Origin: Gekko japonicus
Lineage: Eukaryota
NCBI RefSeq assembly: GCF_001447785.1
Contig: NW_015165238.1
Span: 4,539-68,538 of the forward strand
Direction of reading: 5' to 3'
Length of the DNA: 64,000 bases
Below the pieces are notes generated by a model. It worked only from the letters and a program-made list of their open reading frames with translations. It was not told the origin of the DNA and did no database searches. The position numbers and the translations under genes were made by a program. Positions 1 through 11,836 of this stretch are shown one piece after another; within the stretch, counting starts at the first letter, position 1, and every line of letters starts with the position of its first letter.

Positions 1-3000
1 AGAAAGCACTCTGAGGCACCGATACCACCTGAGCCTCAAGTGATAAAGATGGATCCAGGAGCATCCCCAGGCTATGAACCTAAATGGGGAGTGCAACCCC
101 ATCTAGACCAGGTTGAACACCCCCCATCTGGTCAGAAGAATCACCTACCAACAGCATNNNNNNNNNNNNNNNNNNNNNNNNNNNNNNNNNNNNNNNNNNN
201 NNNNNNNNNNNNNNNNNNNNNNNNNNNNNNNNNNNNNNNNNNNNNNNNNNNNNNNNNNNNNNNNNNNNNNNNNNNNNNNNNNNNNNNNNNNNNNNNNNNN
301 NNNNNNNNNNNNNNNNNNNNNNNNNNNNNNNNNNNNNNNNNNNNNNNNNNNNNNNNNNNNNNNNNNNNNNNNNNNNNNNNNNNNNNNNNNNNNNNNNNNN
401 NNNNNNNNNNNNNNNNNNNNNNNNNNNNNNNNNNNNNNNNNNNNNNNNNNNNNNNNNNNNNNNNNNNNNNNNNNNNNNNNNNNNNNNNNNNNNNNNNNNN
501 NNNNNNNNNNNNNNNNNNNNNNNNNNNNNNNNNNNNNNNNNNNNNNNNNNNNNNNNNNNNNNNNNNNNNNNNNNNNNNNNNNNNNNNNNNNNNNNNNNNN
601 NNNNNNNNNNNNNNNNNNNCAGCCAGCCACTCCAGAAGGGTACTATGGTCAATGGTATTGGGAGCTCATTAGCATAACTCATTAGCATAACTCATTAGCA
701 TAATTTATTTGCATATACCACACCTCCTGACATCACCGGGAGTGTGTCAGAAGGCAACACCCACCGCTCAGGCTCCACCCCCAAAATGTCCAGGTATTTC
801 CCAACTCATAGCTGGCGAGCCTACCTGGAGAAAAATTGCTTCAAAAGCACAAAGTAAATACAATGAAACACAATGAAATGAAAGTCCATACATATATGTA
901 GAGGGTGAGCAGTAAATCAGCATGCAACAGATTCAAGGACCAAACAGGAATAACAAGCTTAGTTTATATGGTAGCAAATAAAGATTATAGAAACAGAGAA
1001 GGACAACTGAAGTCTGTGCTAAGCAAGAGATATTGGGTAGTGGTGAGCCAAAATGGGTATGTGTGTTTTCACAAAAAGCACTTTCAATTTCTGCTGCTCT
1101 GCCATACTTTGCCAAGTAACTGGGCCAGCTTTCACTAATCTAATCAAATTTAATAGACTAGGCATGACAGAATGTCACTGGGAACGTGTGCAATGCACAT
1201 ATCATTGAACATCAATGAGATTATCTAACAGCATTCAGACTCCGTTATTCTGCCAAAAATTACTCAGTTGCCTGGCCCCAGATCTTTCTGGTAAGGGAAC
1301 TGGGCTTAGCCTCGGGGAAACTCTCTGGGCAACACGGATGTGCCCGGGGGAGAACGGCACGTGAAAGCGAGAACTGCCCCGCCGCCTGCTTCCCTTACCT
1401 TGAGGAGGCTGTAAGCGTGAATTACAGATGTGGGACATGCAGCATCACACATACGGAGTATAAACCCTCTCAGCAGCTCAGGGAGACTTACCTTACCCAC
1501 ATGCATTATGCTCACAAGTCGCATTTGAGTCCCCAGCACTTAGGAGTTTTGAGAATGCCATGGTTCTCCAGAGGCCAATGCAAGAGACCCTTGTGAGTAC
1601 AGTTTGGACATAAATTCTGTACCTAAGACCAGAAGGCAGGAACATTTTTGGTTCCTAGTTTTAGGTACCCAAAGATGAAAAATTAAATGCTTTTAGAATG
1701 CTGATGTGGGGAAAACTGGTGCTTCCATACAACCCTGGAAGTCCAGTGATGCCGGAGCCACACAGCAATGGAAGTAGCTCTCACGCCCCTGAGCTAACGA
1801 TCATGTGCCCAAAGGACTGATGCAAGGAAATGAAGCTGAGGGGATGTGCTACATCCACAGGAGTTGGTGATACACTTTTCTCTTAACAAGAGAGATTGTT
1901 GCGACTTCAGTTCCCAGACAGAGCAAGGGACAGACTTAGAAGCCACCTGTTGCCAAACCATGACATTGAATGGGATTAGCTTTTCTACATAGCAGGGGGT
2001 TTGGAGTCAGGCCTGGGACTAGGTTTGCCTGCTCCAGGTTTGGAGAGGGGAGAGGCCTCAGCTGGATATAATGCCACAGAGTCCACCAATTTTCTCCAGG
2101 GGGACAGATCTCTGTTTTCTGGAGTTCAGTTGTCATTCTGGGGGGATCTCCAGGTCTCACCTGGAAGATGGCAAACCTAGGCCTAGCAGCACCCTCTGCG
2201 TAATTCCACTAGGCCTGGCTCCTTGCTGCTGTTCAACAGCAGCCACCCCATGAAAGTCAGTGTAGTATAATGGTCAGAGCTTCAGGGTAGGCTTTTTGAG
2301 GCCCATGTTTATATGTCCATTTTGCTGTGGAAGTTCACTGGGTGATTTTGGAGCAGTCACATACTTTCAGCTTAACCTGCTTCCTAGAAGCTCCTCAGTA
2401 GAAGCTGGTGGGGGAAAATAGGCATAAAGCTGAAGACAGGGGAGCCAATAAAGGTAGGTTGGCTGTTGGGTGGGAAGGAGACAGGGATGCCAACTCAAGG
2501 TTGGGAAATTCCTGGATATTTGAGGGTTGGTGCCTGGGGATGGTGGGTATCTGCCTCACAGTCTGTCCAGTCTTATTTTGCTGTTTTGTAACGTTGTGTT
2601 TTCTGACTTTTTAATTTTTCCCCTTTTTAAAATATTTTCTCCCTCCCTCCCTCCCTCCCTCTTTCTCTTTCTGTCATTTACATGAGATTCCTAGAATTAA
2701 TTGCATCTGATGAAGTCTAGAATCTTTAAACATGTGACTTTAAGATACTGCGAGACTCATGCCTGCAAAAGATCAGACTCACTCTAGTAAACATTGGCAG
2801 TCATTATTTCCAATTTCATACACCAGTGGATGTCTGACAAATGGTAACCAATGTGGTATAGGGGTTAGAGTATTCAACTAAGGCTGTAGTCATCTGGATT
2901 CAAATTTCCACTCAGCCATGAAGGTCAACGGACAACCTTGGGTCTGTCACTCTGCCTGAGCCTACTCTAGCACTCTGGGTTTTAGATAATATAATGAAAT

Positions 3001-3259
3001 TGTATGCACATTATTCTGAACATGTTTGATGAAGAATGTGATGGCAATAACACAGAAGGGAGATGGGGACATTCACAGTGTTTATCTGGGACTATCAGAC
3101 AAAAATAACACCTGACTATCAAACATCAGATAGTCCCTGTAACAAATATAAAACTTATAGCATGCAAATTAACCACTTGCTTTATAATATTAATGTTGTT
3201 TTCCCTCCCTTCCCTTTTCCTTCTTGTCCACAATTTCACTGGCCAGAAAAGATGTTGAT

Positions 3260-4309
3260 ATGGAATCAGCCAACAAGACCATAGTGAACAGTTTTATCAT
3301 CCTGGGCTTTTCTGCTTCTCCACAGATCCGCATGCTTTCCTTCATGCTAGTCTTAGCCACCTACGTTCTCACGGTAACTGCCAATGTAATCATCATCTCA
3401 CTCATTAAGACAAATCGTAAACTGCAGCGCCCCATGTATTACTTCCTGGGTAATTTCTCCTTCATGGAGATTTGGTACACAACATCCACTGTGCCCAAGA
3501 TGCTGGAAAGTTTCCTGGTTGGTGGGAGTACGGTCTCTGTGGCAGGCTGCATCTCCCAGCTCTACCTTTTCTTTGCCTTGGGCTCCACTGAATGTTTCTT
3601 GTTAGTGACTATGGCCTATGACCGCTACTTGGCTATCTGCCGCCCTCTTCATTATCCAACCCTTATGACACTGCAAATAAGTACCCGGATGGTGACAGCA
3701 GCCTGGGTGGCTGGATTCCTCGCCCCCTTGGTTCCTATTGTCCTCATTTCTCAGCTCTCCTTCTGTGGGCCTAAGGAAATCCATCATTTCTTCTGTGATG
3801 CTGGGCCCCTGCTGAGGCGCTCATGCAATGCTGCCTTTTTCAGTTCAACAGTTGTGACAGTGTTGGCCTCCATGGTCAGCCTCAGCACCTGTTTGCTCAC
3901 CATGGTGTCCTACACCTTCATTATCTCCACAATCCTCCGTATCCCTTCAGCCAGTTGGAGGCAGAAGGTATTTTCAACTTGTGGCTCACACCTCACTGTG
4001 GTGGTCATTTTCTATGCCACAGTCATTTTTATATATGTACGGCTCATCTCCCCTACAGCTTCTGAGCTGGACAAGGTGGCATCAGTCTTTTATGCAGTAG
4101 TCACCCCACTTCTGAATCCAATGATATACAGCCTAAGGAACAAGGAAGTCAGGGAAGCTCTGAAGAAGTTGGTGAGCAGGAAGCAGATGTTTGTGAAGAA
4201 TATTGGAACTGTAGTCATGGTTTGCTGGTGGGGGGGGGAAAGAATTATAAAGGCAAGAGAGAATGTACTCTTAGCTCTGATGTGCCAACATTTCTCTTTG
4301 TGTGTGTAG
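3260..4309 (+). CDS. Olfactory receptor, class II, family 6/11-like (copy 1), 349 aa with C-terminal read-through extension
   Basis: Single coding exon. OR motifs PMYYFLGN, MAYDRYLAICRPLHY, HFFCD, STCGSHL and PLLNPMIYSLRN, plus N-glycan site NKT. True ATG is at 3260 after a polypyrimidine tract and CAG acceptor (3244-3246); the ORF-track start at 3224 is TTG. Confidence 0.95.
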   Translation: MESANKTIVNSFIILGFSASPQIRMLSFMLVLATYVLTVTANVIIISLIKTNRKLQRPMYYFLGNFSFMEIWYTTSTVPKMLESFLVGGSTVSVAGCISQLYLFFALGSTECFLLVTMAYDRYLAICRPLHYPTLMTLQISTRMVTAAWVAGFLAPLVPIVLISQLSFCGPKEIHHFFCDAGPLLRRSCNAAFFSSTVVTVLASMVSLSTCLLTMVSYTFIISTILRIPSASWRQKVFSTCGSHLTVVVIFYATVIFIYVRLISPTASELDKVASVFYAVVTPLLNPMIYSLRNKEVREALKKLVSRKQMFVKNIGTVVMVCWWGGERIIKARENVLLALMCQHFSLCV

Positions 4310-5634
4310 CTTGAATTGGCTTCATACTCTTTTGTTCAAGGTAACCTTGGAAGTATAATTGCAGGAATATGAGAAGCTAGGAAAGCCTAACACTATTTTC
4401 CTCACCCTCACCTGTTAGCAGTCAGCCGTTTCCTGTAGATGGGTAGTTGGCAACCAGAGAGAAACATAAGGCCATATACCCTTCATATGATATCACTCCA
4501 AATAAATATTATATGTAAAACACTGCCTTCCCAAAGGTAACCCCAAAAGCTATGCCGGTCAGGACAACAGCATGGGAAGTTATTTTGATATGCAAAACAA
4601 GGAACTGAATTGCAAACAAATCTCTTCCACCCCAAAGGTAATGCATATTTTATAACAATGGATTTCTCAGGAAAACAGCATCATACTTTGATGGTGCCTC
4701 TTTCATCCCCAGTACTGGCTCCTCACTGTCATCTACACCCTTGTTAGCATATTTATAACACCTGGAAAGTTTCTTCTATCCTACACTTTTCAGTCATCAA
4801 TGCACATCAACAGCTATATCCTAGCTCCAGGAAGGCTATCAAGGTCCATACAGTACTTTGATCTCTCTCCGACATACCATCAACCATTTCCCCAAAACTC
4901 TGGCAACACATTAAGGGTATTGTTTAAGGGGAAAACCCATCATGTTGCCTCAGGATACACCTTTCCTATAAATACACAGATTCACTCTGAGTGAAGCAAT
5001 GTTCACTCTCTTTGTCTCTCCACAGAGCAGAATCTTCAAGACTGGTAGATATATCCTATCCTAAACTATTCCCCCTCACTATTTTCTTTTATTTCCCCGT
5101 TAGCACTTGTCTGTATGTTTATAGTGTGTTACAATGTGTGTTTTGCCATTTTATTACTGTTCAATAAAAACACTATCAGTTGAACACCAGCCTGGTTCAT
5201 TGGAGAGTTCTCTGTGGGAAGAATCCCTGTTAACAATGGTGGAGATTTCCCTAGTTGTCCCCTCTTGCTCTGTCTCATCAAATGTAATTTCCCATCCTAA
5301 ATAAGAGAAAGCACTTTGGCTAACTATTCTTTGGCTAAGATACCCAGTTACTATTCTTTGGCTAACATACCCAGTTACTTCGGCAAAAACAGTGTTAGAG
5401 TGATATACAACTAATTTCAATTTGTAGTATAGTTATAGAACGGACCCTATGCAAGATAGAGACACCAAACTTGCAGGGGACCCCACCCTGATGCTACTCT
5501 ACATGCCCTCCAAGTTATGTGTCATTTGGACTTAGGGGATACAGGTTATATTCCCCCAAAAATATTTATTTATTTCCATTTTTATCCCACCTTGCCACAG
5601 GGTTGGCTCAAGGCAGCTAACAACATTATATTCT

Positions 5635-7800
5635 CTTGAGGATATAGCTAGATCAGCTGTTCCAGGAAATATGTCAATCCATTCCACTGAGTAGTTAGCT
5701 CTGTCCTGGCTTGTGTGGGCGGCATATAAACATTTATTACTATAAAGGAAAGCCCATCACAGATGAGCAAAACTGCCAGGGCCAAGGTTTGAGATTCGTG
5801 AATATTAAGAGGTTTAACATTGAATTTTGTAGAAACAAAAGCTTGAGGACGACCCTTGCATCTAGTCCTTGTTGCAGGCAAAGAAAATGATTTGTACCCC
5901 ATAAGATATATTGGGGGGGTGGACGAGGTTTCTTGAAAAAAAAGAAGAAGATCATGTGTTTTAAGGTAACTTAAAAATTCATGATTGTTGGCTTTACTTC
6001 TCCAGCCTGCAATGTTCCAAGAGACTATTTTGGTCCTCTGAGATGATGAGTTATTTAGTCAATCCATCTCTGTAAGTTGGTTCAGGGATCCATTAGTATC
6101 AAAAATAACACAACCATTGTCAATCTCTGAAGTATGGGTCTGCAGATTTGCTAAGACAGACAATTCATGGTGGGAGGTCTTACTTTCCCTGCAGTCATTC
6201 ATTGGAATAGAGTGTATGATAACATTGCAATTGATATTGGTTACTCTCATATTCAACCGGTCTGCAGCAACATCTCTGAAGAGTGTAGATTCCATAGCTT
6301 CGGGCTCTAGATCTATGCAGAGTCTTAAGTTTCCATGCACCTTTCTTGAAAGTATTTTGGATTCCAATACAGGGTTTGAAAGAGCCTTTTGGCCAGCTGT
6401 TAAGGGGAATTTTAAAGGTGCCAACATTACAGCATCCAGAGATCTATTATCACTAACAAGAAGGGGTGGAAGAGAGAGGCACATCTGGCAGAATCTCTCT
6501 ATGGGTGGTTTGAACATTGGGACACTGTGTTCCCAGAGGAGGTGATTTAGTAGAGTGACAACTTGGTAGACGAAATATCTGGGACAACAATGGTGCTGTA
6601 ATTATATCTTTGAAGACACAAATTGGTAGAATGCCTCTGCCCTTCAGCCAAGTCTTGCTCTGAAGTAATATTCTTGGTATTTTAGGATTGCAGAAGTTTA
6701 ACAGGACTCTCTGGCTCTGGTCAGAGCTATTGAATAACTCTACCCTTGGACTGCAAGAAGATCAAATCAGTCAATCCTAAAAGAAATCAACCCTGACTGT
6801 TCCCTAGAAGGCCAGATAATGAAACTGAAGCTCAAATACTTTGGACACCAAATGAGAAGGGAGCACTCACTGGAGAAGACCCTGATGCTGGGAAAGATTG
6901 AAGGTCAAAGAAGACGGGGACGGCAAAGGATGAGATGGTTAGACAGTGTCATAGATGCAACGAACATAAAATTGAGCAAACTTCAGAGGACGGCGGAAAA
7001 CAGGAGGGCCTGACGAGATCTTGTCCATGGGGTCACGAAAAGTTGGACTCGACTGTGCGACTGAACAACAACAACTGTCTCTATGTCAATCTGTCTAATA
7101 CATCTTCCAAACAGCTCATTCAGGTGCTGCCTGGTAAATAGCTTGGTGTTCCAGGGAGGTAGAGAGTCTTTATATTTACAAACTTGTAAACAAATTTGAT
7201 GTGGTTTCCAGACTAGTTGGGTGGGAATTATGGTCTTTGTTCCTCTCCTTTTTAACAGAGGTAGAGAATGGCTTTCCCCATTCCTATATGGAAGAGCAGG
7301 TGATGTTTCTCTTAGTTTATCTTGAGGAGTTTTATGAGTGCATTCTTTACTCCCAGTTAGTAGTCTGTCCACCTTAGAATGCAAAAGTCTGAATTCATGG
7401 AAAATTAACTCCACTGTTTTTGCTGTAAGTAATAGTGTTTCTGCAGTAAAGGTATTTGATGTTTCGGAGCCTTCTTTCTCTGTCGTAGCATCTGCTTCAG
7501 ATGGCACCTTTAAGGGGGAGCTCGAGAGAGTGCTCCTGCTCAGCCTCAGTGTCTGAAGGTGTAATGAAGCAAACAAAGCGGGTTGAGTCTGGAATTTGAG
7601 AGACAAAATTTTGTGTCATAATCTCCTATCTTAGCCTGCTTTGGGGTTGGGTCATTTTGATTAATTTCTGTTTCTCTCCCCCTCTTCTGAGGCTTCTGTG
7701 TCTTTATTTTAGCTACAAGCAAGGTAGCAACAAAACACACCAAGTAATCACCTAGCAGAAAGCCCAGCTTGGCAGAGAGCCCAAGTCAGGAACACAGTTA
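5635..7800 (-). mobile_element. 5' portion of a LINE (RTE-X-like): ORF1-like region plus start of the APE endonuclease
   Basis: Minus strand at about 6035-5930 reads KIVSWNIAGW...LLFFQET, followed by VINVYMPP (APE motifs). The upstream ORF is split by BovB and rejoins as ...IDIE|LFNSSD. Clade assignment is tentative. Confidence 0.7.
6743..7078 (+). mobile_element. BovB (RTE) LINE 3' fragment
   Basis: LKLKYFGH..RR..SLEKTLMLGKIEG.RRRGRQRMRWLD, (CAA)n tail, 5-bp TSD CTCTA (6738-6742 / 7079-7083). Confidence 0.92.
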
Positions 7801-8772
7801 ACTAGTTTCCTTATTGTATCTTATTCCTCAAGTCAGTATCAGCCAGCAGTTAGAGTTTCTTAATATCTTCTTACTGGAGGGAACACAGACACTACTGCCT
7901 AGCCGGTGGCATCTTGGAGCACCCAGGAGACTTGTTCTTTCCCTTCAGGGCTGTTGGAATAGACTGAAAGGACTGGTGGTATCTGCCAAGACTGGGGTGA
8001 GATTTAGTTTCTCTCTGGTATTTTTATAACCTTGTTTTGCTGCAACCCCTTTGTAACCAAGGCTCCGATCATACACAGAAGTTGCAGCGGGATACTCATG
8101 GATGCCAGGCGGATTTAACGGGTGCAATCACATCAGCACATCTGGCAAGCATCGCGCATCCATTGGCAAGCCATCACATCCCGCCGAAGATCCATAGTTC
8201 AAAGTTACTGCAGAAACACCAATATTATCCGCTTGCGATGGGCCACAGATGGATGTCCTCCGTCTGATCACTCCAGTGCCGCATGAAGCATGCCGGAAAC
8301 GTGCGCCGACAAAATGCTCCCCCCAATTCCCTGCCGTAGCATCTGATCGCATTCGGGCGGGTCACAAGTGTGGCGGAGCGAAAAGCCACGCCTCCCCCCC
8401 CCCGCGTTCTCTGGCCAGTGTGACCGGGACCCAAAAGTTCTTACCCAGGGTTGCGACAGGGACATTTCATAGTCTATTCTTTTTCTTTCCTTTCTTGCTT
8501 GCTGTATTTCTGTTACCATTTGTAGTTATGAGTCAAAACTCGAGACTAATTTTGGACAGTTACATAGGTGTGGAACAGGATAGGCCATTTTTAGGCTGAA
8601 CAAGGGCAGGGGGTTTAAAGACATTGTCTTACTCAGCTATGATTCATTTCATCAACATCCAGTGTTACAAAGAAGGGAATCTTGCTTCATGATGGCCCCA
8701 AGTCACAGTATGGTTGGACTGAGGGAAACTTACTACAGAGATGTTGATCCCCTTGGCAAAAGTAAAACCAGA

Positions 8773-9333
8773 GGTTGCATTCAGACTGGCAGTTTGGCCC
8801 AATATAGGCACATTTCACAAATGGATTAAATGGGGCTGGTCACACAGCCACATCTGTCAGGTTTTCCCCAGGTGTACTCACCCCGTTAGAGGAGAACTTG
8901 GAGCTGGGTTAAAAAGCCACCACCACCAAAAATGTGTTTTTGTTTCCCCGCACATTCATTGCACATGGCTGGATGTCTGAACACGGGGGAGCGCGCGCAG
9001 AACGGATTTGGCAGTCTGAACCTACAGATCTGTTCTGCCCCTAGGGAAGGTTTTTGTTTGTTTGTTTTAAATTGCCTATATGCACATGCATACACATGCA
9101 CATGAGTGCATATGTGGTGCATGCACACTTAGGCATACACATGCATTTGAACTTTTTTTGCAGTGCACTCCGTGGCTGAGGTGCTGCAAGAATGTGGATG
9201 CTTGACCATGGGATGTTTCCACGTGTAACCCGCAGCAGGGTGTGCTGTGTGGCTGATATGCCCAGCAACACTTTAAACCAGTTCAATTAGAGGTGGCACC
9301 ATATTGCAGCAAACTGCCAGTCTGAATGCAACC
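8773..9333. mobile_element. MITE with perfect 24-bp TIRs (Harbinger-like)
   Basis: GGTTGCATTCAGACTGGCAGTTTG at 8773-8796 and its reverse complement at 9310-9333. Absent at the paralogous site near 41922. Confidence 0.85.
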
Positions 9334-10329
9334 ATGGTCTCCTCTGGCTCAGAGAAGTAGCAAAGGAAGGAAAAATTCTTGTTTCTTACTAACCTAGGCT
9401 TTTCTGAAAATTTTGCAGCCTGTCCTGCATCCATGAGTTCATTGGACATCTTCTAGACATATTCTTTTAGGATATGGTTTGGCGGAAGGTAAAAATAAAA
9501 AGAACAACAAATTATGAGAAGTATTATTGCTTAAATAGGGTTACGATAAGAATAACATTTTATTTCTATTTAAGGCCACCTTCCATTAAAACAAAAATGG
9601 GGAAGTCTGTTTAGAACATTTGTTCTGGACAAGCAGAAAAACCCTTAAAGCTGACACATTTGAAACAATTTTAGTGCCTACAGGAAGCAGAAGGAATGCC
9701 AGGCTTGTGCCAGACTTGAGCTAACCACAGTATGATTGGCAGCTGTCAAGCTAAAGTCAGGGTGAGAAGTTTTGGGCCATGGTAAAGGCTTTGCTGTAAT
9801 CAGTAACCTGCTTGTGTTCTTTATTGGCTTGTGTTGAATAGATTGCATGTGCCCAGACATGGTGGGCTAACAAGAGAAGAAGGAAGATGAGCAGTGAGGT
9901 CATGGCCAGCATAAAGGAAAACACTAGTTTTACTTCCTGGAAAGTTCCAAGGGATCTAAATGGGGAACCAAGAAAAAGGGAAGTTAGGAGGAGAACGAAT
10001 GTGTGCTTACCAGGTGTCTGGGGTGCCATGGATGCATGACTGAAGGGGCACAAAGCATGAGCCAAAGGCCTTGTACCTACAGTATAAGGGAAATCACCCC
10101 AGAGGGAGGCTCTTGAAAGAAAAGTATGAAATCTTTGCCAGTCCAAGACAAAATCAGAAATCTCCCCTAAAAGATTTCTCCTGATCAACCAGCACCAAAG
10201 GGCTTAGCCAGCCTTTTGGATCTTCTTTAGATACCTCCCTTGGGAGATTTCTCCTGTTCAATTGGTAGTGTCAAAACAATCAGGAGGTACAATGTATACA
10301 GAAAGAAAAAGAAAACAATAAAAGCTATT

Positions 10330-11430
10330 AATAAGGTGGGCCACTGGCGTTTCACCATTTATAAGACCTATGTTTGGCCTTTGATGTCACTGTAATTGTA
10401 TTGTTCTTCAAATGTTTGTTCTTGTTGTTTGGGTTTTAGGTTTGTTGGTCCCCATGTGGAGGCTCCAAATTCTTATAACAGCTCACAGCATGTTTTTTGG
10501 GCGGCCCATCAAGCGGAGAGATCCAGACTGGACTTGCAGCTGGACTTGAGCGACTGTGCCATTATCAAATGGCTTGGCAGACGGGGTCTTCGTTGAACTG
10601 GGCTGATGCCTTTGCTATTTGTAGAGCAGAGTGGCCCTCCTCCTGACATCCTGGTCATCCATCTGTGTGGCAATGACCTGGGGATGTTTAAGGGGAAGGA
10701 ACTGATCCTGCAGGTGCAGGCGGATATGTGGGACATTGTGGCACAGTGGCACACCATTGAGTGGGCATGAAAGAAAGCCAACTGTGAATTGGGGAATGTC
10801 AAGAAGGGTCGTCTTGGTTTTGTCATACCATACCCTGGTATTGTGAAAGAGTGCATCCATCTTTATCTGGATGATGGTGGTCATCTCTCCAAGACTGGGA
10901 TTTGCATTTTCCTGGAGGTTTTAAGGCAAGGATTGTGGCAGATTGTCAGCCAGTGTATGGGGCCAAGGGCCAAAGCAGAGGCTTAACCCTTGTTGGTGGC
11001 GGAAATCTGGCCTGTTTTGGTTATGAGGGAAAAAACCAATTGACAGACCCCCCCCCCTTGTCTGGGGGGTTGGCACACCTAGCACAAACCATACCTTGGC
11101 ATGGGCCTTGGATGGAGACTGCAGGTGGCCTGTGATATACTTTTTAGTGTGTCTCCCCTCATGCTCCATGGCTAGAGGTGGTGGGCTCACTTCAAGGTGG
11201 TAGCATATCTGCCACCTGGCAACTACCATGTTGTGGTTGGCTTGCACCAGGGGCTTGGTGGTTCACTCCGTTTAAGGTTAGGAAAAAGATCAGGGGATCC
11301 CTTTGCCTGATGTGAGTTGCAGCCCTTGCCAGTTTCAGTTTATTTGTGTTGAATTATTAATTAAATAAAGCTGCCCTTAATTTACACCAAATACCTATGT
11401 GGGTCTCTTTCTTCCAGCTATGTATGCAAT
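10330..11430 (+). mobile_element. Ngaro/DIRS-like tyrosine-recombinase retrotransposon, 3' remnant
   Basis: VGHWRFTIYKTYV resembles the YR C-terminal GRW.S..Y..Y motif. Followed by a decayed SGNH hydrolase (HVFWAAHQA...WLGRRGLR...PPDILVIHLCGNDLG...DGGHLS) and an AATAAA-bearing terminal region. Confidence 0.75.
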
Positions 11431-11836
11431 ACATACTGCTTGCTTGTGCTCTATATAAAATACTATCCCTTGCTCTGTGCAACATAGCTTACACATATTT
11501 AGAGAATTCGATGGGTATCAATTTAATTGTGTTAGCTTTCTGGATTGAGCCATAGATATGGTACTATAGCCAGTTCACTTTCATAAATTATATGCCCCTC
11601 CATTCCCCTGGTGTTCAGGTTACTGGAAAATATGCAAACGGCCTACAGCTTTGTTATTAAATTTGAAAATAGCAATATTACCCTTTTAAAACCGGTATTG
11701 TACCGTCATGGAATAAACCAGTACAGGGAGAACCGTTTCACACAGCCTTTCCCTTCTGGTAAGTAGCCGTCTCTGAAGTGGTTTGGCATTTCAAACTGTT
11801 CCACTTTCTATTCCCGCCATTTCCGCCCCTTGTGCA

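Larger units (their letters stand above)
1975..10320 (+). repeat. Segmental duplication unit 1
   Basis: 1975-5550 matches 35040-41200 and 46360-49180. 8470-9597 matches 41510-42400 and 49850-51953. 9598-10320 matches 53878-54850. Confidence 0.88.

Noticed and set aside
40-688. Long ORFs at the window start, and those at 45986-46426 and 47064-47380
   Set aside because: They consist mostly of N-gap translations.
1230-1930. Possible TE or exon
   Set aside because: No termini, TSD or recognisable coding motif that I could support.
3224-3259. N-terminal extension MSTISLARKDVD of the ORs (also 36431)
   Set aside because: Begins at TTG within the polypyrimidine tract upstream of the splice acceptor.
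3602-3787. Repeated antisense and alternate-frame ORFs within the ORs (also 28160, 36809, 46423)
   Set aside because: Their conservation is a by-product of near-identical OR coding sequence.
8030-8460. CpG island promoter
   Set aside because: Short, absent from paralogous units and adjacent to TE sequence; likely a young unidentified TE fragment.
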